From: a virus
Taxonomy: Duplodnaviria > Caudoviricetes
IMG/VR virus record: IMGVR_UViG_3300037183_000141
Span: 1 to 64,000 of that record
Reading direction: 5' to 3' (one strand)
DNA length: 64,000 nucleotides
Below are positions 37,680 to 46,684 of the stretch, piece after piece. The notes under the pieces were generated by a model that searched no databases, was not told the DNA's origin, and saw only the letters and a program-made list of their open reading frames with translations. The position numbers and the translations under genes are program-made. Each line of letters starts with the position of its first letter. Position 1 is the first letter of the stretch.

Positions 37680-38762
37680 ATGAAGACCTCGGCTAGCTCT
37701 ACTTCGGCATTAGGGACGATGGACCGTTCCCTCAAGCCAATTCTCACGTTCTCCGACCTTCCGCGTCGATACGCGACTCCGAAATCTCGGGTCCGGACCA
37801 GGGGAGCAGCGGTCGTAGCCCCCGTAGATCCGGACAGGCATCCACGACGTATCGTGTTACAAGATGCCAAGGTCCGCTCCATTGCGATGGCACTCTACAT
37901 TGAGCCTGCCGGGGACGTCCTCACCATGACCGGACGGAAGACCGGCAAGAAGGCCACGAAGAAGCCCGCGGAGAGGCCTTGGAGAGCCCGAAAGCGCGCC
38001 GCCATGCGGGAGGAGCGACGCCTCGAGAAGAAGGCCCTCGAGGCCGAGGGCAGGAAGGCCCTCATCGACGAGTGCGTTCAGCGCGTCGGCAGGCCGACGG
38101 ACCGGGAGGCGTTCCGGGAGATCCTGACCGCCCTCGTGGAGAACAATGCCATCCCGGCGGGCCTCCTGACCACGGTCCCGCAGCGCTCGACGAAGGCCGG
38201 CAAAACGCGCTTCGACCAGATCTTCGACGCCTGCATGTTCCTCGCGTTCCCCGAATACCGCCCGATCGTGCGGGATAAGGCCTTCGGGCCGATAGCGTCA
38301 CCGGACATGCGGCTGTGGCGCGCGCTCTTTCCGAAGGAGTACGGGCTATCGCACGTCGTCCTCCGGGCCCGGTCTTTCCAGGAGGCCTTCGCCCTGGCCT
38401 GCGACTACGCCTGCCGGCTCTCCCTCCGGGAGAAGCGCCGTATCCCGACCGACATGTCCATCCGCGTCCAGTTCATGTCGGACCCGAGCGTCGCCCGCAT
38501 GCTGGACATCCGGCATGCCGTGAAGGACCGGACGCGCAAGGCGTCGAACCTCCGGGGCCGGAGGTACTCGGCCAAGGCCGTCGCCGGCGCGCGCCTGGTC
38601 GCGATAGGCCGTAAGGACGGCAACAACTACAGCATTTTCAAGTACGCGGAGGACAAGGACCTCAAGCGGATCGCCGAGCTTCGCGCCGAGGTGAGGGTGT
38701 CCGCGGTGGAGATCGAGACATTCCGTCCGAAGGAGACCCCCTCGCCGTACGATGTCCCATGA
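37680..38762 (+). CDS. Basic hypothetical protein
   Basis: 3' part of ORF 37335..38762 has GC3 bias and is ATGA-coupled to purZ; start uncertain (37680 or later). Confidence 0.65.
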   Translation: MKTSASSTSALGTMDRSLKPILTFSDLPRRYATPKSRVRTRGAAVVAPVDPDRHPRRIVLQDAKVRSIAMALYIEPAGDVLTMTGRKTGKKATKKPAERPWRARKRAAMREERRLEKKALEAEGRKALIDECVQRVGRPTDREAFREILTALVENNAIPAGLLTTVPQRSTKAGKTRFDQIFDACMFLAFPEYRPIVRDKAFGPIASPDMRLWRALFPKEYGLSHVVLRARSFQEAFALACDYACRLSLREKRRIPTDMSIRVQFMSDPSVARMLDIRHAVKDRTRKASNLRGRRYSAKAVAGARLVAIGRKDGNNYSIFKYAEDKDLKRIAELRAEVRVSAVEIETFRPKETPSPYDVP

Positions 38763-39940
38763 TTGAAGGCAAGTTCAACGTGATCCTGGACCAGGCGTGG
38801 GGCTCGAGCGGCAAGGGGAAGACCTCGGCCTGGCTTGCCGACCGCTTCAACGTCACCGCGGTCTCGAGCTCCAACTTCCCGAACGCCGGCCACACGGCCC
38901 GCTTCGCGGACGGGACGAAGTTCGTAGCCAAGGCCATCCCGACCGCCGCCATCCTCCGAAAGGTCAAGGGGCTCGGCGTCGAGTGCTTCGTCTCCCCGGG
39001 ATCCGGCTTCGACCCCGTCCAGCTCATCAAGGAGTGGGAGGAATGCGGCCATCCGAAGATCCGGATCCACGCGAGGGCGAACCTCGTGACGGCGGAGCAC
39101 AAGCGACGGGAGTCGGACGGCAGCGAGTCGACGAAGCACGTCGCCTCCACGATGCAGGGGACGGCGGCGGCCATGTGCGACAAGATCCTCCGCCGCCCGG
39201 ACGCCCTCCTCGCCGACTCCATGTGGGCCCCGGCGTACGGCCTGGACGTCGACGGCCTCGAGGGACGCCTCGGCGAGCTCGTCGACAACGTCCGGGTCCA
39301 CGACGCGCTCGAGTTCCGGACAATGACCCGGAACATGATCCGCGCCGGGCAGACCTGGCTGCACGAGGGCTCCCAAGGGTACGCCCTGTCCATCGACCAC
39401 GGCTCGCACTACCCCCAGTGCACCTCCCGGAACTGCACGCTCCAGGCGCAGATGGACCACATGGCCATCCCGCCGGCGCTGGTCGGCGACGTCTACCTGA
39501 ACCTCCGCTCTAGGCCCATAAGGGTCGGGAACGTGGTCGAGAATGGAAAGCAAGTCGGATATTCGGGTGACTTCTATCCAGACTGTGAGGAGATGACATG
39601 GGCTGAGGTGGCTGAAAAAGCCGGCATGCCCCCGGAAGAGGCGGCGTCTTTGGCCGAAAGAGAGCGGACGACCGTCACGAAGCGGATTCGACGAGTAGCA
39701 ACGTTCAGTTTCGACGGCCTCAGAGATGCCGTGGCGGTAAATGGGGCCACAAAGCTCGTCATGAACTTTATTCAGTATATCGATTGGAAAGATGCCGGTC
39801 TCAGAGGCGGAAAGAGCGCATTCGAACGTCTTTCTTCGAAGAGTCGTGCCTTCATCGACCAAGTTGAAGAAGCAGCAAACCTTCCCGTAGTCTTGGTTGG
39901 TACCGGCGCTGACCATGAGGAGATGATAGAACGTTTTTGA
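38759..39940 (+). CDS. purZ: PurZ-type adenylosuccinate synthetase paralogue (candidate N6-succino-2-amino-dAMP synthase)
   Basis: DQAWGSSGKGK (Ser at the PurA catalytic Asp13 position), PNAGHT, EGSQGYALSIDHG..YP.CTSR, RPIRVGN, YSG..YPD, TTVTKRIRR..TFS, and MNFIQY in place of PurA TKLD. Confidence 0.8.
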   Translation: MIEGKFNVILDQAWGSSGKGKTSAWLADRFNVTAVSSSNFPNAGHTARFADGTKFVAKAIPTAAILRKVKGLGVECFVSPGSGFDPVQLIKEWEECGHPKIRIHARANLVTAEHKRRESDGSESTKHVASTMQGTAAAMCDKILRRPDALLADSMWAPAYGLDVDGLEGRLGELVDNVRVHDALEFRTMTRNMIRAGQTWLHEGSQGYALSIDHGSHYPQCTSRNCTLQAQMDHMAIPPALVGDVYLNLRSRPIRVGNVVENGKQVGYSGDFYPDCEEMTWAEVAEKAGMPPEEAASLAERERTTVTKRIRRVATFSFDGLRDAVAVNGATKLVMNFIQYIDWKDAGLRGGKSAFERLSSKSRAFIDQVEEAANLPVVLVGTGADHEEMIERF

Positions 39941-41163
39941 TGTTCCCTATCATGAATAGGGAACATCAAATTAAACATGGGCATTATGTCGGGGACAGAC
40001 CGAGTCCTGAATATTATTCATGGAGATCCATTAAAGCCCGGTGTTTAAGGCAGAGTCACCATAGCAACGATGTGTATGGAAAGATACCTCTGCATCCCGA
40101 GTGGGCGTCCAGTTTTTCGACGTTCTTAGCAGCAGTTGGGCCTCGTCCTTCGAAAAAACACACTCTAGACAGAATCAAAGGTGAGCTGGGATACGTCCCC
40201 GGGAACGTCCGCTGGGCACCTCGCCGTGTTCAGAACAGAAACCGGAAAGATAATGTTTGGATCGAGGCTGATGGGAAGAGGATGTGTCTGGAGGACTGGG
40301 CTGCCCATTTGGGCTGTTCTCCGGCTGCCATCAGGACGAGGATAAAGAGAGGGTGGGACCCTGTGAGGGCCGTCACGACCGTCCCAGACAAGCGCTTTCA
40401 GCTCCAGAACTTAACCCCAAATCGTAAAGTGCAGACGATGAGCGAGCTCACGGTGTCGATCTCCGACAGGGGAGAGGTCAAGGTCTTCGTGGACGGCCTC
40501 CAGGTCGGCCTGATCCAGGAGCTGACCGTCAGGGCGGCAGTGGATAGGCCGATGCCGGCCGTCGAGGTCCGCCTCCCGAAGAGCTCGATCATCGAAGCCT
40601 CGGGGGAGGCGGTAAGGGACGCCCATAAGGGGTATCTCGAGCTCCTCCGCAGGATCCCGTCGGTCGTCCTGATGAGCGGGGATGAGCCGACGGGGACGGA
40701 CAGCGAGGTCATCCTCTACTTCCTCGACCAGGCGGTCGACGGCGGCGGCCGGACGCTGACCCAGGTCATGCAGAAGGACAACTCGTGGTTCGAGCGCGCC
40801 CACGACTACATCCAGTGGATGCTGCCGACGCGCCGGCGCAGCAAGTACGAGCCGTCCGCGCCGGTCCTCACGGACCGGGATATTCAGGTCTTCCAGGTTA
40901 GGCGCGACCTCCGGGAGGCCTACTCGTTCGGCGTCGACCGCGTGAAGCGTTTTCTCGAGCTCGACCAGATGTGCCCGGTCTGGGTCCGCCGGAAGGACCA
41001 TAACCACAAGCGGATCTCCCGCCTCATCGAGAGCCTCATGGACCTCGGGTTCGAGGAGCGCGCCCGCCGCGTCCTCGAGCAGGTCCTCCGCATCGAGCGG
41101 GCGAACCCGGACATCATCGACCCGGAGGCCGTGGAGCACTGGAAGCAAGCCTGTGCCCGCTGA
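39937..41163 (+). CDS. HNH homing endonuclease module fused in frame to an OGFr-like domain protein
   Basis: N-terminal EYYSWRSIKARC...HTLDRI...GYVPGNVRWA...QNRN (HNH, low GC); no stop before MSELT at 40438. Confidence 0.75.
   Translation: MMFPIMNREHQIKHGHYVGDRPSPEYYSWRSIKARCLRQSHHSNDVYGKIPLHPEWASSFSTFLAAVGPRPSKKHTLDRIKGELGYVPGNVRWAPRRVQNRNRKDNVWIEADGKRMCLEDWAAHLGCSPAAIRTRIKRGWDPVRAVTTVPDKRFQLQNLTPNRKVQTMSELTVSISDRGEVKVFVDGLQVGLIQELTVRAAVDRPMPAVEVRLPKSSIIEASGEAVRDAHKGYLELLRRIPSVVLMSGDEPTGTDSEVILYFLDQAVDGGGRTLTQVMQKDNSWFERAHDYIQWMLPTRRRSKYEPSAPVLTDRDIQVFQVRRDLREAYSFGVDRVKRFLELDQMCPVWVRRKDHNHKRISRLIESLMDLGFEERARRVLEQVLRIERANPDIIDPEAVEHWKQACAR
40438..41163 (+). CDS. OGFr (opioid growth factor receptor) conserved-domain-like protein, probably independently started
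   Basis: HDYIQWMLP...S.YEPSAPVLT and DHNHKRISRLIESL..LG motifs; TAAAGT 7 nt before ATG 40438; GC3 returns to genome level. Confidence 0.65.
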   Translation: MSELTVSISDRGEVKVFVDGLQVGLIQELTVRAAVDRPMPAVEVRLPKSSIIEASGEAVRDAHKGYLELLRRIPSVVLMSGDEPTGTDSEVILYFLDQAVDGGGRTLTQVMQKDNSWFERAHDYIQWMLPTRRRSKYEPSAPVLTDRDIQVFQVRRDLREAYSFGVDRVKRFLELDQMCPVWVRRKDHNHKRISRLIESLMDLGFEERARRVLEQVLRIERANPDIIDPEAVEHWKQACAR

Positions 41164-41395
41164 CCGCCCGAGGGTCTTTCAGCCGGGGACCCTGACCGTG
41201 GTCTACGGTCCGGACGGCAGGGCGGTCTACGCCGGCGCCGTGCTCCTGACGAAGGCGGACTATGTGCACGCGGGCGCGACCGTGAGGACGCAGGTCTTCT
41301 TCCGGATGGCGGGGCACGGCGAGGAACTCCTGCTGGACGAGGAGATGCGGGCGGTCCTGGCCCTCGGCTACGACGCTATTCGTCTGTCGTACTGA
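41153..41395 (+). CDS. Small hypothetical protein
   Basis: GC3-biased ORF overlapping the upstream stop. Confidence 0.55.
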   Translation: MPADRPRVFQPGTLTVVYGPDGRAVYAGAVLLTKADYVHAGATVRTQVFFRMAGHGEELLLDEEMRAVLALGYDAIRLSY

Positions 41396-41960
41396 GCGGG
41401 TCGTCCGTCTTCCGCTTGCGCTTGAGGTGGATCCCAATCTGGTCCGGGTTGTCCACCATGTACCTATGCACGCGCTCGAAGTAGCCCTTGAGGGGCTGCG
41501 CCGCGTCGCGCATGAGAAGGCGCTCGAACATGAGGAAGCCCTCCGGGTCCTCGGTCCAGAGCCAGTCCTCCGTGATGGGGACGCCGGGCGAGACCTGGCT
41601 CCAGGTGTTCCCGTGCGGGAACATGAGCAGTATGTACTCCGTCTTGGCGAAGTGCGGGTTGGGCATCGCCACGAACTTCTCGTGGCGCTTGACGGAGAAG
41701 AACGTCCCAGGGGGGAGCTCGACCCCGTCGTGCGAGGACGTGACCCAGCGCTTGATGCTCATCCACTTCGTCTCGGGCGTCTTTATCCCGGACGACTTCC
41801 GGCACTTGAGGGAGCAGCTGTAGAGGGCGGACGGCGAGAGGCCGCACGTCCACGGCCTGAAGTCCTCGGGTATGCCCGGCACGCGGTGCATGGAGTCGAC
41901 CCAGTACGACTCTTTCGAGATCCTCTGTTGTATGCTCGACCTAATTTCGTTGTCCATCAT
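41376..41960 (-). CDS. Hypothetical protein
   Basis: GC3-biased; start placed at MMDNEIR (41960). Confidence 0.6.
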   Translation of the reverse strand: MMDNEIRSSIQQRISKESYWVDSMHRVPGIPEDFRPWTCGLSPSALYSCSLKCRKSSGIKTPETKWMSIKRWVTSSHDGVELPPGTFFSVKRHEKFVAMPNPHFAKTEYILLMFPHGNTWSQVSPGVPITEDWLWTEDPEGFLMFERLLMRDAAQPLKGYFERVHRYMVDNPDQIGIHLKRKRKTDDPLSTTDE

Positions 41961-41973
41961 GGAGGTATCGGAT

Positions 41974-43311
41974 ATGAGCGCTACGGACGTCTTCTGCATC
42001 ACCGACCAGGACGGGAGACTCCTCCCTCCGGCCGTACAGGCCACTGTACTGGCTAAGTACTCGAGATCGCCCCTCTCGGCCCGGGAGCTGGTACGAGACC
42101 TTACAGAGGCGGCGGCCGACAAGTTCCAGGAGAAGTGGGTTGTCGGCTACGGGCACAACTCGGTGGCGGAGCTCGCCGTGGTTCCCGTGTGCTTCGAGGG
42201 CGTCTCCATCGTGGCCTCCAAGTTCATCGAGGGCTGGCAGCGCGCGGGCTACTCCGAGAAGAGCACCCGGTACCAGGTGTTCTCCCGGGACTCGTTCATC
42301 ACGCCGCCCGGAGCCCCGGCCACTATGAAGAAGTTCGCGGAGCGCTTCTACGACGCCTACGAGCGCCTTCTCCCGAAGGTGACCATGCATGTGGCAAAGC
42401 TCGTCGGGGACGACATGGACAACCCGAAGGCCTCGACGAGGGCGCGAGCGTTCGACAACGTCCGATACCTCCTCCCGGCCGGGACCGGGACGAACGTCGC
42501 CGCGGTCGTGAACATGCTCGACGCCCGCCGGATGGTCTCCGGGCTAAAAGGGCATGCCAACCCGGAGTTCCAGGCCCTGGGCGAGAAGATGGAGGCCGCC
42601 GTCACGGCGCTGGCCCCCACTCTGGTCCGCCACACGGAGCCGGACGGGTTTCAGCTGCCCGTGAAGGGCCTCGGAAACCTGCCCGAGGACTTCAGTCACG
42701 ACGACCCTACGCCGTACGTCAAGCTGAACAAGCCTTACCTTCTGCCCGCCCCGGCCCTCGAGCAGGCCGCCTTCGAGTCCGCGGTGGTCGACCTCCACGG
42801 GATGGACTGGGCGAGCTTCTCCGCCTTCATGGAGACGCGCCCGGCCTACTCGGAGGTCCCGAACGTTTTCAAGACCGTGAAGCTCTCGTTCGAGGTCATG
42901 ATGGACTACGGCGCTTACAGGGACCTCCAGAGACACCGGCGCTGCGAGCAGTTTGCCGAGCCGCTCGGGATCCACTATGGCTACGTCGTCCCGGAGGACA
43001 TCGTCGGCACGGAGTTCGAGGGCGAGTACCGGCAGGCCATGGAGGCCATCGACGCCTACGACGACGAGGCGGTCATTCATGACCAAGACCTCTTTCAGTA
43101 CATGATCCCGCTCGGCTACCTGCATCGCTCCCTGTTCCAGATGGACCTGAAGGAGTGGTACTATCTGACCGAGCTCCGGACGAAGCCGCAGGGCCATATC
43201 TCGTACCGTCGGATTGCCTACGAGATCTTCCGGATCGGGAGTGAGCGCTTACCGGGCCTCACCGGATGGTGTCGTGCCATCAAACCCGACGCCGTCGGGG
43301 TCCACCACTGA
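41974..43311 (+). CDS. thyX: Flavin-dependent thymidylate synthase, tandem-domain type
   Basis: AKYSRS, GYGHNSVAE, YSEKSTRYQ, ARAFDNVRYLLP in domain 1; YRDLQRHRR, ELRTKPQGHISYR in domain 2; GGAGG SD. Confidence 0.88.
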   Translation: MSATDVFCITDQDGRLLPPAVQATVLAKYSRSPLSARELVRDLTEAAADKFQEKWVVGYGHNSVAELAVVPVCFEGVSIVASKFIEGWQRAGYSEKSTRYQVFSRDSFITPPGAPATMKKFAERFYDAYERLLPKVTMHVAKLVGDDMDNPKASTRARAFDNVRYLLPAGTGTNVAAVVNMLDARRMVSGLKGHANPEFQALGEKMEAAVTALAPTLVRHTEPDGFQLPVKGLGNLPEDFSHDDPTPYVKLNKPYLLPAPALEQAAFESAVVDLHGMDWASFSAFMETRPAYSEVPNVFKTVKLSFEVMMDYGAYRDLQRHRRCEQFAEPLGIHYGYVVPEDIVGTEFEGEYRQAMEAIDAYDDEAVIHDQDLFQYMIPLGYLHRSLFQMDLKEWYYLTELRTKPQGHISYRRIAYEIFRIGSERLPGLTGWCRAIKPDAVGVHH

Positions 43312-43496
43312 AGCTTGTCCGCCCTCCGCGCCGGCCGCACGCCCAGTACGAGTGTGCGGCCTGCAGCTCGAGCTGGTCGCAGGTCCAGTCCCAGACCCCC
43401 TGCCCGACTTGCGGGAATATCTACGTGAAATGGATGAACTTCGCCGAGTGGCGAGCGGCCGCAGTCTACCCGGGCCGCGAGGGGAAGAAGGACTAG
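43308..43496 (+). CDS. Small Zn-ribbon protein
   Basis: YECAAC...PCPTCGNIYV; start codon uncertain. Confidence 0.5.
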   Translation: MKLVRPPRRPHAQYECAACSSSWSQVQSQTPCPTCGNIYVKWMNFAEWRAAAVYPGREGKKD

Positions 43497-44311
43497 CCCT
43501 TCTCGTCGATCGGCCAGCCGCGCTTCTTGAAAAAACTGTTGACGCGCTCGAGGACCTGGCCGACGGGCTCCCCCGTCCTCTTCGACATCGAGCGCACGAG
43601 GTCGTTGATCTCCGTGCGGTTGACCTCGGTCCGGTTCTGCTTGACCAGCCACTGGAGGAGCGTCCTCTCCGACGTCGTCGGCGGCATCGACTTCCGGCGG
43701 CGCGAGGCGGACACGGCCTCGTCCGGCGGACTGTCGTTCACCTTCCGGATGAGCCCGGTAATGCCGGCCTCGAACGCCGGCTCGTCGTCGATCGACGCCT
43801 CGACGACCTTCTCCTTCGCGTCGAGGAGGACGGTGCAGGTCCCGAGGTCCGCGCTCCCGTCGACCCCGCCGCCGAGCGTCTTGTTGTAGTAGCCGGCCGT
43901 CATCGTGAGCGTGATCGCCGCCTCGCCCTTCGAGTGGGCGGCGTCGTCCCCGTACCCTTCCTCCGGGCTCTCCGACTTGAAGTCCCCCGGGTTGTACCGG
44001 CACATGAAGAGGATTCCGCCGATGATGCCGGCGTTCTCCCACGTGTTCGGGTCCATGGCCCAGGAGACGTAGCCGCCCTTGAAGCCCTTGCCCTTGTCGG
44101 CCGTGTCGTAGGTCTCCCCGTTGAACTCTTCCGGCATGAGCGCCGCGACCTGGGCGGCGAGCGCCTTCCCGACGGCCTCCGACAGGGACCGGTCGGTCGC
44201 GAGGACCGCGGCCGCGAGGCGGGAGGAGACGAGGCGGAGGGACGGGCGGCCCGAGCTCTCGACGTAGGAGGCGATCTGGCGGAGGTGTGCGGACAGCTCG
44301 GACGGTCCCAT
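43493..44311 (-). CDS. Hypothetical protein (putative virion protein)
   Basis: Start at MGPSELSAHL (44311); GC3 bias. Confidence 0.65.
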   Translation of the reverse strand: MGPSELSAHLRQIASYVESSGRPSLRLVSSRLAAAVLATDRSLSEAVGKALAAQVAALMPEEFNGETYDTADKGKGFKGGYVSWAMDPNTWENAGIIGGILFMCRYNPGDFKSESPEEGYGDDAAHSKGEAAITLTMTAGYYNKTLGGGVDGSADLGTCTVLLDAKEKVVEASIDDEPAFEAGITGLIRKVNDSPPDEAVSASRRRKSMPPTTSERTLLQWLVKQNRTEVNRTEINDLVRSMSKRTGEPVGQVLERVNSFFKKRGWPIDEKG

Positions 44312-44334
44312 GCCCGGTTCGGGACATTGAAAGC

Positions 44335-44775
44335 CTACTCGTTCATCACGGTCTCGAGCGCGAACTCTTCCGGAGTGGCAGGACGGAACTTGACCAGCAT
44401 TCTCTTGACCGTCCTCCCCCAGCTGTCCCAGTGCCTTGCCCAGACAACGATGTGGAGGGAGTGGAGGACGGTCTTCCTCTCCCCGTCCCCGAAGTTCTCG
44501 TGGCCGACGTCCCACACGAACATCCCTGGCTCCACTTCGTGCTTGCCGTGCTCGACCATCACCTTCCGGTCCTTGCACTGACCGACCAGGTTGTTGATCC
44601 CGAACCTCTGCTGTCTCTCGTAATAATGGAGCGTTACCTGCCTCTGGACTGCCTTCCTCACCGCTCCCCTTCCCTGCGGGCCGAGATGGTGCCGAAGATC
44701 GAGCTCGCGTACCACCCTATTCCGGAAACGAACAAATAGTTCATCTTGTACTGTGTGTTCATGATAGACATTCAT
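44335..44775 (-). CDS. Hypothetical protein ending ...ETVMNE
   Basis: ORF 44335..44841, likely start ATG 44775. Confidence 0.6.
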   Translation of the reverse strand: MNVYHEHTVQDELFVRFRNRVVRELDLRHHLGPQGRGAVRKAVQRQVTLHYYERQQRFGINNLVGQCKDRKVMVEHGKHEVEPGMFVWDVGHENFGDGERKTVLHSLHIVVWARHWDSWGRTVKRMLVKFRPATPEEFALETVMNE

Positions 44776-45621
44776 GAAGTCGCTAGACTTTACGGAATGG
44801 GTCTTACTCAGGAAGAGGTGGCCGTCCGTCTCAGGTGCCACGTAAACTCAGTGAGAAGACTCATGAAGTCCCTTGGCCTCAAAGTGCGCCCGAAAAGCCG
44901 TATCTACGGACTCAATGAATCGTTCTTCGAGACGATAGACTCAGAAGAAAAAGCATACTGGCTCGGCTTCGCCTTGGCCGATGGATCAATAAAGAAAACC
45001 AAGTATGGAACCCCATGCTCTTTGGTCGTCGGCCTGAGCTCGGTAGACTCGCATCATCTTGAATCGCTCAAGACAGCCCTCAGATACACAGGACCTGTGA
45101 AGACAATAAACTACTTCGACAAGAGGTACGGGAAATGGTACAGACGAAGTCAGCTGGAACCATCAAGCAGAAAGCTTTGTTCTGACTTACTCGACAAGGG
45201 CTGGGACGACTTCAAAAGAAAAGGTTATATCAGAATATTAGGAGAAGTTTTGGAAAAATTTATGTCAGCTCTCCTACGGGGTCTCGTTGACGGGGATGGG
45301 TGTTTATTGCTGAATAAATATGGATCAAAGACAATAACTCTTTTTCATTTCACAGATCTTCATCAGTCGGTTGTTGAATGGGTTGCCGTTCGGGTTAAGG
45401 AGCAACTACACATACCGATTCCAAAGTTTTTGAAAAATGGGAACGGGACAAGAAAAGGTTTCCATATACGATATGCAAGACATGAACATGTTCGAGCTAT
45501 AGCTCGTTTTCTTTACTCCGGACCTCCTAGCCTGGAAAGAAAACAGACTGTCGCCGATAGATTATCGTCCGCTGTCTTTTTTCATCCAGGTTGTCGAAAA
45601 AGTGGATGCATAGAACCATAG
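44761..45621 (+). CDS. LAGLIDADG homing endonuclease with N-terminal HTH
   Basis: AYWLGFALADGS and LLRGLVDGDG; low GC; TACTGT 6 nt before ATG 44761. Confidence 0.85.
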   Translation: MIDIHEVARLYGMGLTQEEVAVRLRCHVNSVRRLMKSLGLKVRPKSRIYGLNESFFETIDSEEKAYWLGFALADGSIKKTKYGTPCSLVVGLSSVDSHHLESLKTALRYTGPVKTINYFDKRYGKWYRRSQLEPSSRKLCSDLLDKGWDDFKRKGYIRILGEVLEKFMSALLRGLVDGDGCLLLNKYGSKTITLFHFTDLHQSVVEWVAVRVKEQLHIPIPKFLKNGNGTRKGFHIRYARHEHVRAIARFLYSGPPSLERKQTVADRLSSAVFFHPGCRKSGCIEP

Positions 45622-46284
45622 GCAGAGGTCGACGATCCCGAGCGGCATCTCCGCGGGCTTCATCGCCAGGCACATCGCGTCGCAGTCCTTGAACCACCAG
45701 TGGTCGGCCAAGCGCACGAGGTGGAGGTCGGGCTTCACGCACTCGAGGATGCCGATGTTTCGGGCGAGGTGTTTGCACGTGATCTTCCCGACGTACGGGA
45801 GCTTCGTCAGAAGCTCGGGGGAGGAGAGCCGGCGCTGGCGGAAGTCCTCCCACGACTCCGTCCTCCCGACGTCGGCCGGGAACATAGCGCCCGCCATGAG
45901 CTTCGCGGTCGAGTGGACGGCCTTCGCCTTCTGCGGGTTGTTGCAGACCTTCAGGACCCGGGAGAGCATTAGGTCCTCGTCCTCCCTGCCAAGCCTATCC
46001 CACCCGCTCCCGTCCTCTCCGATACCGTAGGCGGCGGTGAGCCTCGGCATCAGCTTCGCCACGACCTTAGAGTTGAAGCCGGTGGCATGGATCACCCACG
46101 TCAGCTCAAGGAAGAAGTGGTTCGGGCCGACCTCCTCGAACTTCGTGGACCAGATATGGTCCATCTCCCTTCGGTAGTGCTTCTCCGTGAACGCTCGCGC
46201 CTTCCGGAAATACTCTTCTGGCGAGTCGGACGGCGTCGGCCCATCGGCCATCTCTTCGGAGGTCAGATCTCTCCTCGGCTCCAT
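45562..46284 (-). CDS. HhH-GPD superfamily DNA glycosylase-like protein
   Basis: LTKLPYVGKITCKHLARNIG (HhH) and VKPDLHLVRL; TAATCT 6 nt before ATG. Confidence 0.65.
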   Translation of the reverse strand: MEPRRDLTSEEMADGPTPSDSPEEYFRKARAFTEKHYRREMDHIWSTKFEEVGPNHFFLELTWVIHATGFNSKVVAKLMPRLTAAYGIGEDGSGWDRLGREDEDLMLSRVLKVCNNPQKAKAVHSTAKLMAGAMFPADVGRTESWEDFRQRRLSSPELLTKLPYVGKITCKHLARNIGILECVKPDLHLVRLADHWWFKDCDAMCLAMKPAEMPLGIVDLCLWFYASTFSTTWMKKDSGR

Positions 46285-46299
46285 GGGCCAAGATTACGC

Positions 46300-46542
46300 T
46301 CAGGCGGCCCGCGAAGGCGAATCGGACGCCGAGAACTGGAACGTGACGCACTCGTCGTCCGACCAATCTTGGCTCGACATGACGTACGGGCTCTGATCGC
46401 GGCTCCAACAGGCGAAGCAAAAAGTCCTGACTCGGCCGCAAGACGAGTACCTTCGGACGAGGCACCCATCGTCTCCGCACTCGGTGCAGGTCCCACGCTC
46501 TGGTTCCCAGAGGATGTCCATAATGTTGTTCCCAATATTCAT
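46300..46542 (-). CDS. Small Cys-containing hypothetical protein
   Basis: CTECG...C...FCFAC; GGAG-like SD upstream. Confidence 0.45.
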   Translation of the reverse strand: MNIGNNIMDILWEPERGTCTECGDDGCLVRRYSSCGRVRTFCFACWSRDQSPYVMSSQDWSDDECVTFQFSASDSPSRAA

Positions 46543-46684
46543 AGGAGGGCCCTCCCTCTCGTCGGTTGGCCTCTTTTGAAGCACGACTCTGCACTCTCCG
46601 TGCCGGACGGGCCTGAAGTTCCGAGGGCTGCAAGGCGGGAAGATTGTGGCGTCCGCCGACGCACACGATGGCAGGCTGCCGCAG

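Noticed and set aside
38759-39940. Calling this gene canonical purA
   Set aside because: Lacks the catalytic Asp (GSSGKG) and the TKLD motif; matches PurZ signatures instead
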